Below are positions 40,422-49,365 of a DNA stretch of 64,000 nt, in pieces. The stretch lies in assembly GCA_965216465.1 (NCBI GenBank), contig CBDCFW010000006.1, positions 1,184,001 to 1,248,000 of the forward strand. Direction: 5' to 3'. The notes beneath the pieces are model-generated. The model ran no database searches. It was not told where the DNA came from and worked only from the letters and a program-made list of their open reading frames with translations. The position numbers and the translations under genes are program-made. The first letter of the stretch is position 1; the number at the start of each line of letters is the position of its first letter. The DNA comes from Bacteroidia bacterium (lineage in GTDB: Bacteria > Bacteroidota > Bacteroidia > NS11-12g > UBA9320).

Positions 40422-40444
40422 TTATTTAGAACAATTTAAAATAA
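40422..40444. promoter_or_regulatory. AT-rich inverted repeat, possible Fur-type operator
   Basis: TTATTTAGA-N5-TTAAAATAA (7/9 symmetric), just upstream of the TAACTTTG box (40418-40411) of the porin gene. Confidence 0.5.
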
Positions 40445-40471
40445 CGAGAATACAAAATTATGAGTTTTTAG

Positions 40472-41074
40472 TTAACTTGCTTGTAATCTGGCAAATACAA
40501 AGTTCTGAATGGTGTTGAAGGGAGTCTGGTGAGGATGGTCTAATGTTTCAATTACCTCAAATTCAGGAGCAAAACACTCCTCAAATTTGGCTGGGCTGTA
40601 TTGCGTTATTTCGAGTCCGCTGCATTTAAATGGGCCATCTACTGAGAATGTACCTAGAACTATTTTTGAAGTGTAATTTTCAACTAATTTCTTATACTTT
40701 TCAATTTCATCGCTCGAAGTAAGGAAGTGAAATACGGCCCGGTCGTGCCATAGGTCATATTCTTGTGAGGGTTTAAAGTCCACAATGTCGGAAACAATCC
40801 AATTAATTTCACTTGCCCGATTACCTAGTCTAGATTTTGCTCGATCAATCGCCGCTTGAGAAATATCAAGTACAGTGATGTTGGTAAACTCTAAATCGAG
40901 TAGGTGATCTACCAAATTGCTATCACCACCTCCAATATCAATAATTTCAGCAGATTTTGGGAGGTTGAATTTAGCAATAAGGTCTAGCGACACTTTCGGA
41001 ATTGTCTGAGTCCAGCTTACTTGTTCCGGAGTTTTTGTAGAATAGATGTTTTCCCAGTGTTCTTTTCTGTTCAT
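40472..41074 (-). CDS. Class I SAM-dependent methyltransferase
   Basis: IIDIGGG, LDIS, WHDRAVFHFL, GPFKCSGL. Confidence 0.9.
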   Translation of the reverse strand: MNRKEHWENIYSTKTPEQVSWTQTIPKVSLDLIAKFNLPKSAEIIDIGGGDSNLVDHLLDLEFTNITVLDISQAAIDRAKSRLGNRASEINWIVSDIVDFKPSQEYDLWHDRAVFHFLTSSDEIEKYKKLVENYTSKIVLGTFSVDGPFKCSGLEITQYSPAKFEECFAPEFEVIETLDHPHQTPFNTIQNFVFARLQAS

Positions 41075-41577
41075 TTATTTGCTTGTTTAAATGCCTCGTT
41101 AAGCTCTTTAAAATCCAGTTGGCCATTTACCGATTTGAGGTAATTCAATATCACTAAGGCCTTTTTAATTCTTATTTCTGAAGACTTTGGTTTTCCAACG
41201 AGATGAATAAGATTTCTTTGTTTTCCAGGCGTAAGTTCATGAAAAATGGCTTTGCCTTCAGGGTCAAGGTCCCATGCTGCCTTGAGTTCGTCAGGTAATT
41301 CCATTCCATATTTGCTTGTGTCTTTTTCAAGTTCAACGGATATGTCCGATCCGATGTCTATGTTGTGTTGCTTTCTAACTTCTTTGTTAACATTGATAAA
41401 GAATCCTTGCTTTGAAGCCATGATTGCTGCATGAAAGGCCTTCCCTCCGTTAATGGAACATAAAACCCTTTTCGAACCGTCGGTCATGAGTTTATTGGCA
41501 ACAGTATCGGGCACCAAAAAGCACCGATCCCATACGTTTGAATCAAGACGAATTATGGCTGAGTTGAAACGGTCCAT
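41071..41577 (-). CDS. DUF1905 plus YdeI/OmpD-associated domain protein
   Basis: RVLCSING, LEKDTSKYG, LTPGKQR, K..EIRIK. Confidence 0.82.
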   Translation of the reverse strand: MDRFNSAIIRLDSNVWDRCFLVPDTVANKLMTDGSKRVLCSINGGKAFHAAIMASKQGFFINVNKEVRKQHNIDIGSDISVELEKDTSKYGMELPDELKAAWDLDPEGKAIFHELTPGKQRNLIHLVGKPKSSEIRIKKALVILNYLKSVNGQLDFKELNEAFKQANK

Positions 41578-41627
41578 AGAAACTTCGTGCAAATATAGAT
41601 GCTTGATTAAAAGCTACAGGTTGACAA

Positions 41628-41861
41628 TTAGGTATAGCGTTTTTTAAGTTCAAAGATGATGTCATCAAGCCCGTTTAACTTAATTTCATAAACCGTAGCC
41701 AGCTGTGTACCTAACTTCCCTTTAGGAAAACCGCCTTTGTTTTGAAACCATTCGAGGTAAGAAATTGGAAGGTCACATAGCAGCCGCCCCTTGTATTTTC
41801 CAAAGGGCATTTGATACCTAACAATGTCTTTTAAGATTTCAGATTTAGGAGGTTCTAGCAT
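41628..41861 (-). CDS. DUF3820 family protein
   Basis: MPFGKYKGR...DLP..YLEWF...GFP.GKLG, EIKLNGL. Confidence 0.88.
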   Translation of the reverse strand: MLEPPKSEILKDIVRYQMPFGKYKGRLLCDLPISYLEWFQNKGGFPKGKLGTQLATVYEIKLNGLDDIIFELKKRYT

Positions 41862-41947
41862 TCGGAGCAAATGTACATTTTTATGGAAGGTATGGTGGGT
41901 TGTTGGAGTGGTGAAATTTCATTTTAGTTAATATTGTAGGATATACA

Positions 41948-43120
41948 ATGGGGTTGAAAATAGCACTAGTTGAAGACAATGAAATGTATGCTTCTATGTT
42001 GGAGCATGCACTTAAAGAAGAAGGGTATCAGGTAGATGTTTATAGTGAGGGTAAATCCTTCTTAGAAAGCATGAATAATAACTATTCGATTCTGGTATTG
42101 GATCATAGTTTACCTGATATGTCAGGAATGGATGTGCTTAAATATGTAGATAAAAGTGTAGCGAACTTGCCGGTTGTATTGATTTCAGCACAAGAAGATG
42201 TTAGTGTCGTTGTTGATGCTTATGATAATGGAGCATCCCGATATATTATAAAAGATGATCATGCAGTTTTAAAGCTTAAACAAGCCCTGAAAAACATTGC
42301 TAAGGTTATTGAACTTGAGGATGAAGTGGCATTGTTACGAGAAGAAGTTGTTGATAGAGCCCGGTACAGCTCAATTATTGGCGAGAGTTCTGCCATTCTA
42401 AAAGTGCTCAAGCTCATTCAGCGTGTAGAAAAAACCGACACGTTGGTCATGATTACAGGTGCAAGCGGAACAGGTAAAGAGGTTGTTGCTCATGCAATTC
42501 ATGTCAACAGCAAGCGAAGAAGAAAACCTTTTGTTGCGGTTAATGTTGCTGCTATTCCTGATCATTTATTGGAAGATGAGCTTTTTGGACATGAACGCGG
42601 AGCATTTACCGGAGCATCCGGAAGACGGAAAGGAAGATTTGAAGAAGCACAAGGAGGTACAATCTTTCTTGACGAAATTGGAGAGATGGACCTCAAGTTG
42701 CAAACCAAACTTTTAAGGGTTTTGCAAGAGAAAAAGATCTCACGATTAGGTAGCAATAAAGAAATTAAACTCGATGTTCGAATCATAGCTGCTACCAACA
42801 AGAATTTAGGTCAACAAGTTAAGCAAGGTAATTTTAGAGAAGATTTGTATTACCGAATACAAGGTTTCTTAATTCATTTGCCTATGCTCAAAGACCGTGG
42901 CGACGATATTGTAATTCTGGCTCGACACTTTGTTAAAATGTACGCAGATAAGTACGAAGCAGGTGAAGTTACCCTCGATGGCTCAGCAGAACGTAAGTTG
43001 ATGGGGCATTTGTGGTCTGGTAACGTTAGGGAGCTAATGGCTGTAATCGACCGATGCATCTTAATGCGTGAAAGTCAGGTGATTACTGGCAACGACCTTA
43101 TCTTTTCAGACGCTATTTAG
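41948..43120 (+). CDS. Sigma54-dependent response regulator (REC + AAA+) without a C-terminal HTH
   Basis: LVEDN and LDHSLPD receiver motifs; GASGTGKE, GAFTGA, FLDEIGE, FREDLYYR, WSGNVREL; ends right after the AAA+ domain. Confidence 0.92.
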   Translation: MGLKIALVEDNEMYASMLEHALKEEGYQVDVYSEGKSFLESMNNNYSILVLDHSLPDMSGMDVLKYVDKSVANLPVVLISAQEDVSVVVDAYDNGASRYIIKDDHAVLKLKQALKNIAKVIELEDEVALLREEVVDRARYSSIIGESSAILKVLKLIQRVEKTDTLVMITGASGTGKEVVAHAIHVNSKRRRKPFVAVNVAAIPDHLLEDELFGHERGAFTGASGRRKGRFEEAQGGTIFLDEIGEMDLKLQTKLLRVLQEKKISRLGSNKEIKLDVRIIAATNKNLGQQVKQGNFREDLYYRIQGFLIHLPMLKDRGDDIVILARHFVKMYADKYEAGEVTLDGSAERKLMGHLWSGNVRELMAVIDRCILMRESQVITGNDLIFSDAI

Positions 43121-43147
43121 CACAACTAATTTCAAATTTGTTTTGTC

Positions 43148-43170
43148 ATTTTTCCAATAATTGGAAAAAT
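43148..43170. promoter_or_regulatory. Perfect inverted repeat upstream of a -7 box
   Basis: ATTTTTCCAAT-A-ATTGGAAAAAT, followed by TATATTTG at 43176-43183. Confidence 0.6.
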
Positions 43171-43238
43171 ACGTCTATATTTGAAACTTTCTTAGGGAGA
43201 AAAACCCTAATTAAGCTAACATAACAACTACTACTATT

Positions 43239-44297
43239 ATGAACTTAAAACTTGAACCAAAGTTATCTGTCCGCCTTGATTTAGTTAAAATTTCCGTAGT
43301 CGGCGTTGCCGCTTTAGGTATTGTGGCTGCCTGGGTATTTTTCTTTGGAGGACTATCGACTGCAGTTGATTCAAAAGCTGCTGGCGTTACCATTAATTCG
43401 GCAACTGCCGTGAGTGCGTCTTCGAATCCTTTTTCTGCACTTTCATCTGGTGATACCATTAATGTTTATGGTCAGTTTGAGATCAACCAAGACTATACCA
43501 TTCATCAGTCTAATTCAATTCATATTATAGTTGACGGAACCAATGCAGAGTTGAAAGTATTTAAAAATAGAAGCTTAAGGCTGGGTGCGGGTAGTTCTAT
43601 TACCTTGCTTAATGGCGGGACTTTGCGTTCAACCGGAGGTTGTCAATCATCAGCAAAAATCTATTTTGGAAGTGCTGAAGTTGCTAATTGTCCAGGAACT
43701 GGTGGCGCGAGTAGTTTTGTGGCGATTACAAGTGCCGGTGGAATTGGTACCAGTGGAGCTATGCTTCCTGTTTCATGGATGTCTACTTCTACCGATATAC
43801 GTGGTGAAGATATACTGATCAATTGGTCTACGGCCATGGAAGAGAATAATAGTGGATTTGAAGTTGAATTTAGCGAAAATGGCACAACATGGGAGCGTGT
43901 TTCAAGCTTGAAATCGAAAGCTGAAGGAGGCACAACAAACGATATTCAATATTATACAGCAGTACATACGCCACCAGCTTTTGCGGTGTATTGTATGTAC
44001 CGTATTAAACAAATAGACTTTGACGGCAAGTATGAGTATTCAAAAGTTATGCTTGTTGAAAGAGAATTGGAACAAGACGTGGTTATTGGAACTTTAGGTA
44101 ATTCTAGAATCAGTGTCAAAGTGAAATCCGATTTTGGTAATAATTCGAAGGTTCTTATTTCTGATTTATCAGGAAAGATTGTTGTCTCAGAAGAGGTAAC
44201 AGACAAAAGAAACTTCACCCTCCCCAGACCAGGGGTTTACATTATTGAGGTGTCCAACGGTTCAAAAGTGGACAGAATAAAGCACTTAGTGCGCTAA
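43239..44297 (+). CDS. T9SS type A secreted protein
   Basis: Long signal/TM N-terminus, Gly/Ser-rich beta domain, LPVSW, YRIKQIDFDG..EYS, CTD with GVYII. Confidence 0.82.
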   Translation: MNLKLEPKLSVRLDLVKISVVGVAALGIVAAWVFFFGGLSTAVDSKAAGVTINSATAVSASSNPFSALSSGDTINVYGQFEINQDYTIHQSNSIHIIVDGTNAELKVFKNRSLRLGAGSSITLLNGGTLRSTGGCQSSAKIYFGSAEVANCPGTGGASSFVAITSAGGIGTSGAMLPVSWMSTSTDIRGEDILINWSTAMEENNSGFEVEFSENGTTWERVSSLKSKAEGGTTNDIQYYTAVHTPPAFAVYCMYRIKQIDFDGKYEYSKVMLVERELEQDVVIGTLGNSRISVKVKSDFGNNSKVLISDLSGKIVVSEEVTDKRNFTLPRPGVYIIEVSNGSKVDRIKHLVR

Positions 44298-44325
44298 CTT
44301 GGAAAATCCTTAAATCAAATTTGCG

Positions 44326-44358
44326 AAGGGGAACGATTTAATCGTTCCCCTTTTTTTT
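44326..44358 (+). terminator. Intrinsic terminator
   Basis: AAGGGGAACGAT-tta-ATCGTTCCCC followed by T8. Confidence 0.9.
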
Positions 44359-44395
44359 AGTCTCTTGATGGGATGAAATACTAATTGGTATTCGG

Positions 44396-44423
44396 TCGTC
44401 ACATTTTCTAGTATTTCGTCACA
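44396..44423 (+). promoter_or_regulatory. Direct repeat, putative LytTR binding site
   Basis: TCGTCACA at 44396 and 44416 (period 20), upstream of the lipoprotein adjacent to the LytTR gene. Confidence 0.55.
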
Positions 44424-44477
44424 ATCGCCTTATTTCAGTGCATCTTATCACTGTAGTAGAACCCTCTACTCGGTGTT

Positions 44478-45011
44478 ATGATAAAATTACGATACACAAT
44501 ATTTATGGCAATAGTTGCCGGATTATTAATGGCTTCGTGCTCGCAAGAATCAACCCCTGTAACAACCCAAACAGACCAAGAAGATAAGATTGAAGGAATT
44601 CTTACCGATGGGCTATGGGTAACCAACAATGATGCAATGCCTACCCAATCAATGAAGGATGCATACAACAAAATCACAATTGAAGTAGACAAAGACTATA
44701 ATTTTACTTGGACCTGGGATCAGAAGAACGGTCAGGTTTATGAAATGACCGGATTTGCCTACGAAGAAAAGTCAAGTTATGAGCATGATAACGGAAGTGG
44801 AATTTGGAAAATTAATTTCACTGTAACGCATATTAATGGTCAAGCTTTACCTGGAGGATTTTATGGAATTTATGCCTTCGAGAATGAAAACAGCATGCTT
44901 TTGAATGTGGAACCTGACGTGTCTAATTGGGGAAAACACCCAACGGCAGAAGAAGGAATTGGAAGCGGTGAAAAAGGCAATGAAAGTGTTTACCGAATGA
45001 TAAAACAGTAG
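44478..45011 (+). CDS. Lipoprotein (lipocalin-like beta fold possible)
   Basis: Lipobox MASC; LTDGLW motif. Confidence 0.7.
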   Translation: MIKLRYTIFMAIVAGLLMASCSQESTPVTTQTDQEDKIEGILTDGLWVTNNDAMPTQSMKDAYNKITIEVDKDYNFTWTWDQKNGQVYEMTGFAYEEKSSYEHDNGSGIWKINFTVTHINGQALPGGFYGIYAFENENSMLLNVEPDVSNWGKHPTAEEGIGSGEKGNESVYRMIKQ

Positions 45012-45740
45012 TTAAGCAATATTCTTAACGTTTTGATAAAAACCCCTAGAGTAAGGAACTTGAAGATCTTTAATCAACATAAGCTTGCCCCCGTTCGAAT
45101 TTCCTTTGATTTCGCGAATCAAAGAAGAATTCACCAAGAAGCTTTTATGCACTTGCACCAAACCGGGACGCTCTTGCTGAAAATGATTCAAAGGAATTCG
45201 CTGAACCTTACGAACGATAACCCCTTTTGAGAATTGATAGACATGAATGTAGTTTCCGTCAGATTTAACGTATACCACATCCGATTTCTTTCGGTTGAAA
45301 GCCTTAGGGCTCAAACGCAGAAAGACATCGATTGCAGCTGGAATCAGACCTACAAAACAAGTAGAAACAAAAACGGAAACTGCAGAAATGTCTTGAGCGA
45401 TCGAAGAGTTTTTAAACAAGAAGAGATTGTACGAACCAATCACCAAAAAATGACCAAGTATCCAAATAGCTTCCTTACCGAAGGTCCAGGAGTCTATAGT
45501 TTTTTTATAAAAGGTCGATACAATAATGAAGCTTGAAGGGAGTATCATGGCACAGAATAAGCTGATTTTTATAACAATTGAAATCAACTCGTTGGCCGAC
45601 AGAAATTGCAAGAAAAATGGTTGGTAAAAGCCTAAAAACACAATCAGGTATAGAAAGAACAAGGCAACATACTTTAAGTAAGACCTTGGATCTTTTCGAA
45701 ACCGTAGCGGGCTATTTATCCATGCATTAATTCTTGACAT
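45012..45740 (-). CDS. Membrane-anchored LytTR regulator
   Basis: Four TM helices (FYQPF); YVKSDGNY, QVHKSFLVN, VPYSR. Confidence 0.88.
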   Translation of the reverse strand: MSRINAWINSPLRFRKDPRSYLKYVALFFLYLIVFLGFYQPFFLQFLSANELISIVIKISLFCAMILPSSFIIVSTFYKKTIDSWTFGKEAIWILGHFLVIGSYNLFLFKNSSIAQDISAVSVFVSTCFVGLIPAAIDVFLRLSPKAFNRKKSDVVYVKSDGNYIHVYQFSKGVIVRKVQRIPLNHFQQERPGLVQVHKSFLVNSSLIREIKGNSNGGKLMLIKDLQVPYSRGFYQNVKNIA

Positions 45741-45823
45741 TGATGTATAAAAGACAGAATGGAACTTAAAAAAGTTGCTTCAGTCTAAAAAAACGAAAAA
45801 CAAATAATTTAAAACAGTATAAA

Positions 45824-46240
45824 ATGAAACAGTTAACAATCACATTTTTTATCGCTGCAATGTTCTGCTTGGCAGCGTGTCAACAAGAAACAACAACCCC
45901 TGATCCAGTGGTTGACGATCCAGATCCAACACCACGTCCTCTGTCAAAGATTGAGATGTTGGTAAAGTTTTGGGATATCGATACCGCCTACCATGATGGC
46001 ATAAAAGATGGTTCTTCAACCGGAAAGACCATTGAGTTTTTCAATGGAGGAACCTATGATTTTAATAAGGGAGATTTAAGTGGTTCATGGGAGTTTACAT
46101 CTGACTCAAGCCAGTTAATCATAGACAAAGGAAAGTCATATCAACAAGATTGGACTATTGTCGATTTACAAGAAGAACGATTTGAAGTAGATTTCAACAG
46201 CCCATTTACTGGGAAACCATCTACTTGGATTATGCATTAA
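45824..46240 (+). CDS. Lipocalin-like lipoprotein
   Basis: Lipobox LAAC, Pro-Asp linker, LVKFW, GSWEF. Confidence 0.72.
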   Translation: MKQLTITFFIAAMFCLAACQQETTTPDPVVDDPDPTPRPLSKIEMLVKFWDIDTAYHDGIKDGSSTGKTIEFFNGGTYDFNKGDLSGSWEFTSDSSQLIIDKGKSYQQDWTIVDLQEERFEVDFNSPFTGKPSTWIMH

Positions 46241-46243
46241 ATA

Positions 46244-46275
46244 TAAACCCTTCTAGACCCCTCTAAACCCCTCTA
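46244..46275 (+). repeat. Degenerate 10-bp tandem repeat
   Basis: TAAACCCTTC TAGACCCCTC TAAACCCCTC TA. Confidence 0.6.
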
Positions 46276-46306
46276 TCAAGGCAGGCTAAATGCCTGTCTT
46301 GGTTTT

Positions 46307-46726
46307 TTAACCAAACTGCAATACGGCAAGTACAATAATTGCTAAGCCAGTTAGTAAAGCTAGTTTGCCAAAAGGAGCTAGTGACTGCAACTTTGCATCG
46401 TCGTTTTCTTTAACTGCTTTTTTGGCACGTGAGCTAATCATTCCGATCAGGCCTCCCAAAACAACAACAAGAATCAACTTGGTTAACAATAAAGGACTGT
46501 CGCCAATGGTTCCCCATAGATTTCGAATAAGGTAAAGCCCTGACAGAACAAGCAGGGTTAGGCCGATGTGTCCCATCTTGCTAATCGCAAGGGCGTTCTT
46601 GTAGAATTTGCTGCCTTCTTCTGGGGGCATTTTAGAAGCGGCAATTCCGATAAACATAAAGGCAAAACTTGTACCGACTCCCATAGCTAAGCCTATGAAG
46701 TGGGTAATTTTCATTGCTTCGTACAT
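46307..46726 (-). CDS. Four-TM membrane protein (DUF2214/CopD-like)
   Basis: HFIGLAMGVG, GLTLLVLSGL, TKLILV. Confidence 0.65.
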   Translation of the reverse strand: MYEAMKITHFIGLAMGVGTSFAFMFIGIAASKMPPEEGSKFYKNALAISKMGHIGLTLLVLSGLYLIRNLWGTIGDSPLLLTKLILVVVLGGLIGMISSRAKKAVKENDDAKLQSLAPFGKLALLTGLAIIVLAVLQFG

Positions 46727-46863
46727 ATTAAAATTTTAGTTGGTTTGACTATAAATGTACAAGATTTCGATGATAATCTTTGAATTTGGCCTCAGTTTTA
46801 CAGCCATCATGAAATAATTTGTTGCTTCAATGTGAATAATAATACATAAGTATTCTCAATATT

Positions 46864-46879
46864 TGTACTAATTAGTACA
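46864..46879. promoter_or_regulatory. Putative TetR operator
   Basis: Perfect palindrome TGTACTAATTAGTACA ending 2 nt before the TetR ATG. Confidence 0.7.
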
Positions 46880-46881
46880 GT

Positions 46882-47463
46882 ATGAAAAAGCACAACAAGC
46901 AGCACGTAATAGAGGTTGGCGAGAGCCTATTTAGGGCAAAGGGATTTGAAGCAACGGGAACAGACGAGTTGCTACGAGAATCGGAGTACCCCCGCAGTTC
47001 GTTCTACTATCTTTTTGAAAGCAAGGAGCAATTTGCCAGTGAAGTTTTAGTTGCTTATGGTGATAGATTAGAATCCATTTATATCGAAGTTCTCAGTGAT
47101 AAGAGCATAGGAACACCTTATGAACGACTAGTTTATTTATTTGAAAATCAGATTAATGTAGCTATTTCTGAAGAGTTTAAAGACGATTGTTTGATTTATC
47201 GACTTGGCTTGGAGGCTGCTTCCATAAGCGAACAATTTCGACGTAGCGTTTACACTGAACTAGCAAAATTGCTGCGGCCTATTGAATTGTGCATTAAAGA
47301 AGGAATTAAAGATCAAAGCATCGCCAGGCGGGGGAGTGCTAAACTAATGGCCAATAGATTGCAATCTCAGTATTACAGTTCGTATTTTATCGGTAAGCTT
47401 AGTGGCCGTCCTCAAGATTCTTTAGATATGTTGCATTATTTATTGGATGATTACAGGGGATAA
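46882..47463 (+). CDS. TetR/AcrR family regulator (NemR-like)
   Basis: LFRAKGFEATG..ELL....PRSSFYYLFESKE; DCLIYRLGLE. Confidence 0.9.
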   Translation: MKKHNKQHVIEVGESLFRAKGFEATGTDELLRESEYPRSSFYYLFESKEQFASEVLVAYGDRLESIYIEVLSDKSIGTPYERLVYLFENQINVAISEEFKDDCLIYRLGLEAASISEQFRRSVYTELAKLLRPIELCIKEGIKDQSIARRGSAKLMANRLQSQYYSSYFIGKLSGRPQDSLDMLHYLLDDYRG

Positions 47464-47480
47464 GTGTATTGATTAGTACA

Positions 47481-48149
47481 CTATTCTGAAGTTTTAATGA
47501 TGTCTATTGGGTCTAAAATGAGTTTGTCACAACCGTTCATTGTTACATTTATCATTGATCTTCCTATTTGCGTTGTGTTCACTATCGAATTTGGTGCGAT
47601 GAGTTTGATGAGCTTGATTAACCACATAAAATAATCGTAAAAGAACTGGTACAAACGGGTTCTGGATTTAATGCCTCTTAACGGTATTATACCCCCCGGG
47701 CGATACATAAATGCTTGAGCAAAGCCCATTTTGAGTAAGTCGTTTTCTGTTTTTCCCTTCACTCGGGCCCACATGCTTCTTCCTTTTTCTGAACTGTCGG
47801 TTCCTTGTCCAGAAACGTAGGTAATGGTCATTTCAGGTGATTTGGCAAATAGCGTAGTTGCTAAAGCAAGCGTATAATCATACGTCATGACTGTGTAGCG
47901 ATCTTCTTTCATATTTGCTGAACTTACGCCCATGCACATATAGCAGGCATGGTAGCCAGATAATTGATCTTTAACACTTTCAAATTCGCTAAAATCTTTG
48001 TGCAGCAATTCAGATAACTTGGGATGTGACATGTTTAAAGATGAGCGTCCAACGGCTAGCACTTTTCCAATATTCTCATCGTCTAAACATTCAAGGAGCA
48101 CTCCTTTTCCTACCATTCCGGTTGCTCCGGTAATAATTACATTCTTCAT
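47481..48149 (-). CDS. NAD(P)-binding epimerase/dehydratase-like protein
   Basis: ITGATGMVG, YVSGQG, WARVKGKTEN, YRPG. Confidence 0.87.
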   Translation of the reverse strand: MKNVIITGATGMVGKGVLLECLDDENIGKVLAVGRSSLNMSHPKLSELLHKDFSEFESVKDQLSGYHACYMCMGVSSANMKEDRYTVMTYDYTLALATTLFAKSPEMTITYVSGQGTDSSEKGRSMWARVKGKTENDLLKMGFAQAFMYRPGGIIPLRGIKSRTRLYQFFYDYFMWLIKLIKLIAPNSIVNTTQIGRSMINVTMNGCDKLILDPIDIIKTSE

Positions 48150-48221
48150 CTAATCAGGTTTTATCGAGTGCAAGTTAGAAGTTTTTTTAAAGACGACCTT
48201 TATTTTGCGTTATTTGAATAA

Positions 48222-48800
48222 GTGAAGGCATTAAGAGCATACCTCAATCAGCATTTAACCATTTCAGAAACAGATTGGGAAAAGATATCCTCTAAATTGG
48301 TGCATTTCAGTGCAACCAAAAGAGATAAGATAACCACTGAAGGGAGTATTGAAACGAATTTGTATTTCGTCGAGTCTGGAATTGTCAGGTTGTTTTTTGA
48401 AGATGAGACGAAGGAAATTACCCTCAACTTAGGATTTCCGAATCAATTTATTTGTTCTTATACCTCTTTTTTATCTCAGCAACCATCAGCGTTTGATTTA
48501 GAGAGCCTTACTGATTGTGAACTCTATAAGCTGTCGAAAACAGACTTAGAACTGATATACCATGAGACGGAATGCGGTCAGCGGCTAGGAAGAATTCTTA
48601 CAGAGCAATTGTTCTTGTATCTATCTAAGCGAGAAACGGATTTCATGCTCAAGTCTCCTACTGAGCGCTACCTGGCTCTGTTTGATGAACAACCCCATTT
48701 AATTCAAGAGATTCCCCAGAAATATTTAGCCTCATACATTGGTATTACTCCACAAGCACTGAGCAGAATTCGAGCAAAACTCGTTTCAGGCAATTCTTAA
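48222..48800 (+). CDS. Crp/Fnr family regulator
   Basis: LYFVESGIVR, SYTSFLSQQPS, IPQKYLASYIGITPQALSRIR. Confidence 0.92.
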   Translation: MKALRAYLNQHLTISETDWEKISSKLVHFSATKRDKITTEGSIETNLYFVESGIVRLFFEDETKEITLNLGFPNQFICSYTSFLSQQPSAFDLESLTDCELYKLSKTDLELIYHETECGQRLGRILTEQLFLYLSKRETDFMLKSPTERYLALFDEQPHLIQEIPQKYLASYIGITPQALSRIRAKLVSGNS

Positions 48801-48804
48801 TTAG

Positions 48805-48820
48805 TTAACCCAAGTTCATT
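48805..48820 (+). promoter_or_regulatory. Putative binding site of the adjacent Crp/Fnr regulator
   Basis: TTAACCCAAGTTCATT, an imperfect TTAAC-N4-GTTAA palindrome between the regulator stop and yiaA. Confidence 0.5.
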
Positions 48821-48873
48821 GATTCAGTTTTGGTGCAGGGCTTTTTTTGCTGCGTACAAAAAATTGAAACATT

Positions 48874-49326
48874 ATGAACGAAACAGAAAAAATGATTGAA
48901 AATCAAAGTAAGATTGAATCTCACAGCAAGGCTTACCAACCAACCGATGCCTTTGTGGGAGCTTCGTGGATGGCGTTAATTATCGGAATGACTTCATATT
49001 GTATTGGTCTCCTGAACGCCTATATGGCCCTAAGCGAAAAAGGATATTATTTTACCATATTACTCTTTGGTTTGTTCTCTGTAATATCTGTTCAAAAGGC
49101 AGTAAGAGACCGTCTGGAGGGCGTTCCCGTAACCAATATTTACTATGGCATAAGCTGGTTTACCACCATCGTCTCGTTGCTGTTATTGATAATTGGACTT
49201 TGGAATGCAGATTTAGAATTAAGCGAAAAAGGATTTTATGCAATGGCATTTATCCTTAGTCTATTTGCCGCAGTAACGGTTCAGAAAAATGTAAGAGACC
49301 TAGCTTTGTTTAAAGCTAAGCGGTAA
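48874..49326 (+). CDS. yiaA: Inner membrane protein YiaA
   Basis: Two repeats of EKGYY/EKGFY...VQK.VRD. Confidence 0.92.
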   Translation: MNETEKMIENQSKIESHSKAYQPTDAFVGASWMALIIGMTSYCIGLLNAYMALSEKGYYFTILLFGLFSVISVQKAVRDRLEGVPVTNIYYGISWFTTIVSLLLLIIGLWNADLELSEKGFYAMAFILSLFAAVTVQKNVRDLALFKAKR

Positions 49327-49362
49327 AAAAAAGTCCCTCCCCAATTGTTGGGGAGGGACTTT
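49325..49362. terminator. Terminator between convergent yiaA and EF-G2 genes
   Basis: A8-GTCCCTCCCCAA-ttg-TTGGGGAGGGAC-TTT. Confidence 0.88.
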
Positions 49363-49365
49363 AAA

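Noticed and set aside
43111-43224. The -1 frame after the sigma54 regulator (RYLAQLISNLFCHFSNNWKNTSIFETFLGRKTLIKLT) faintly resembles a Fis HTH
   Set aside because: It lacks the conserved Ala/Leu of the HTH and the usual linker, and the DNA is explained by a palindrome, a -7 box and a leader hairpin. It is probably coincidence, though a read check is worthwhile.
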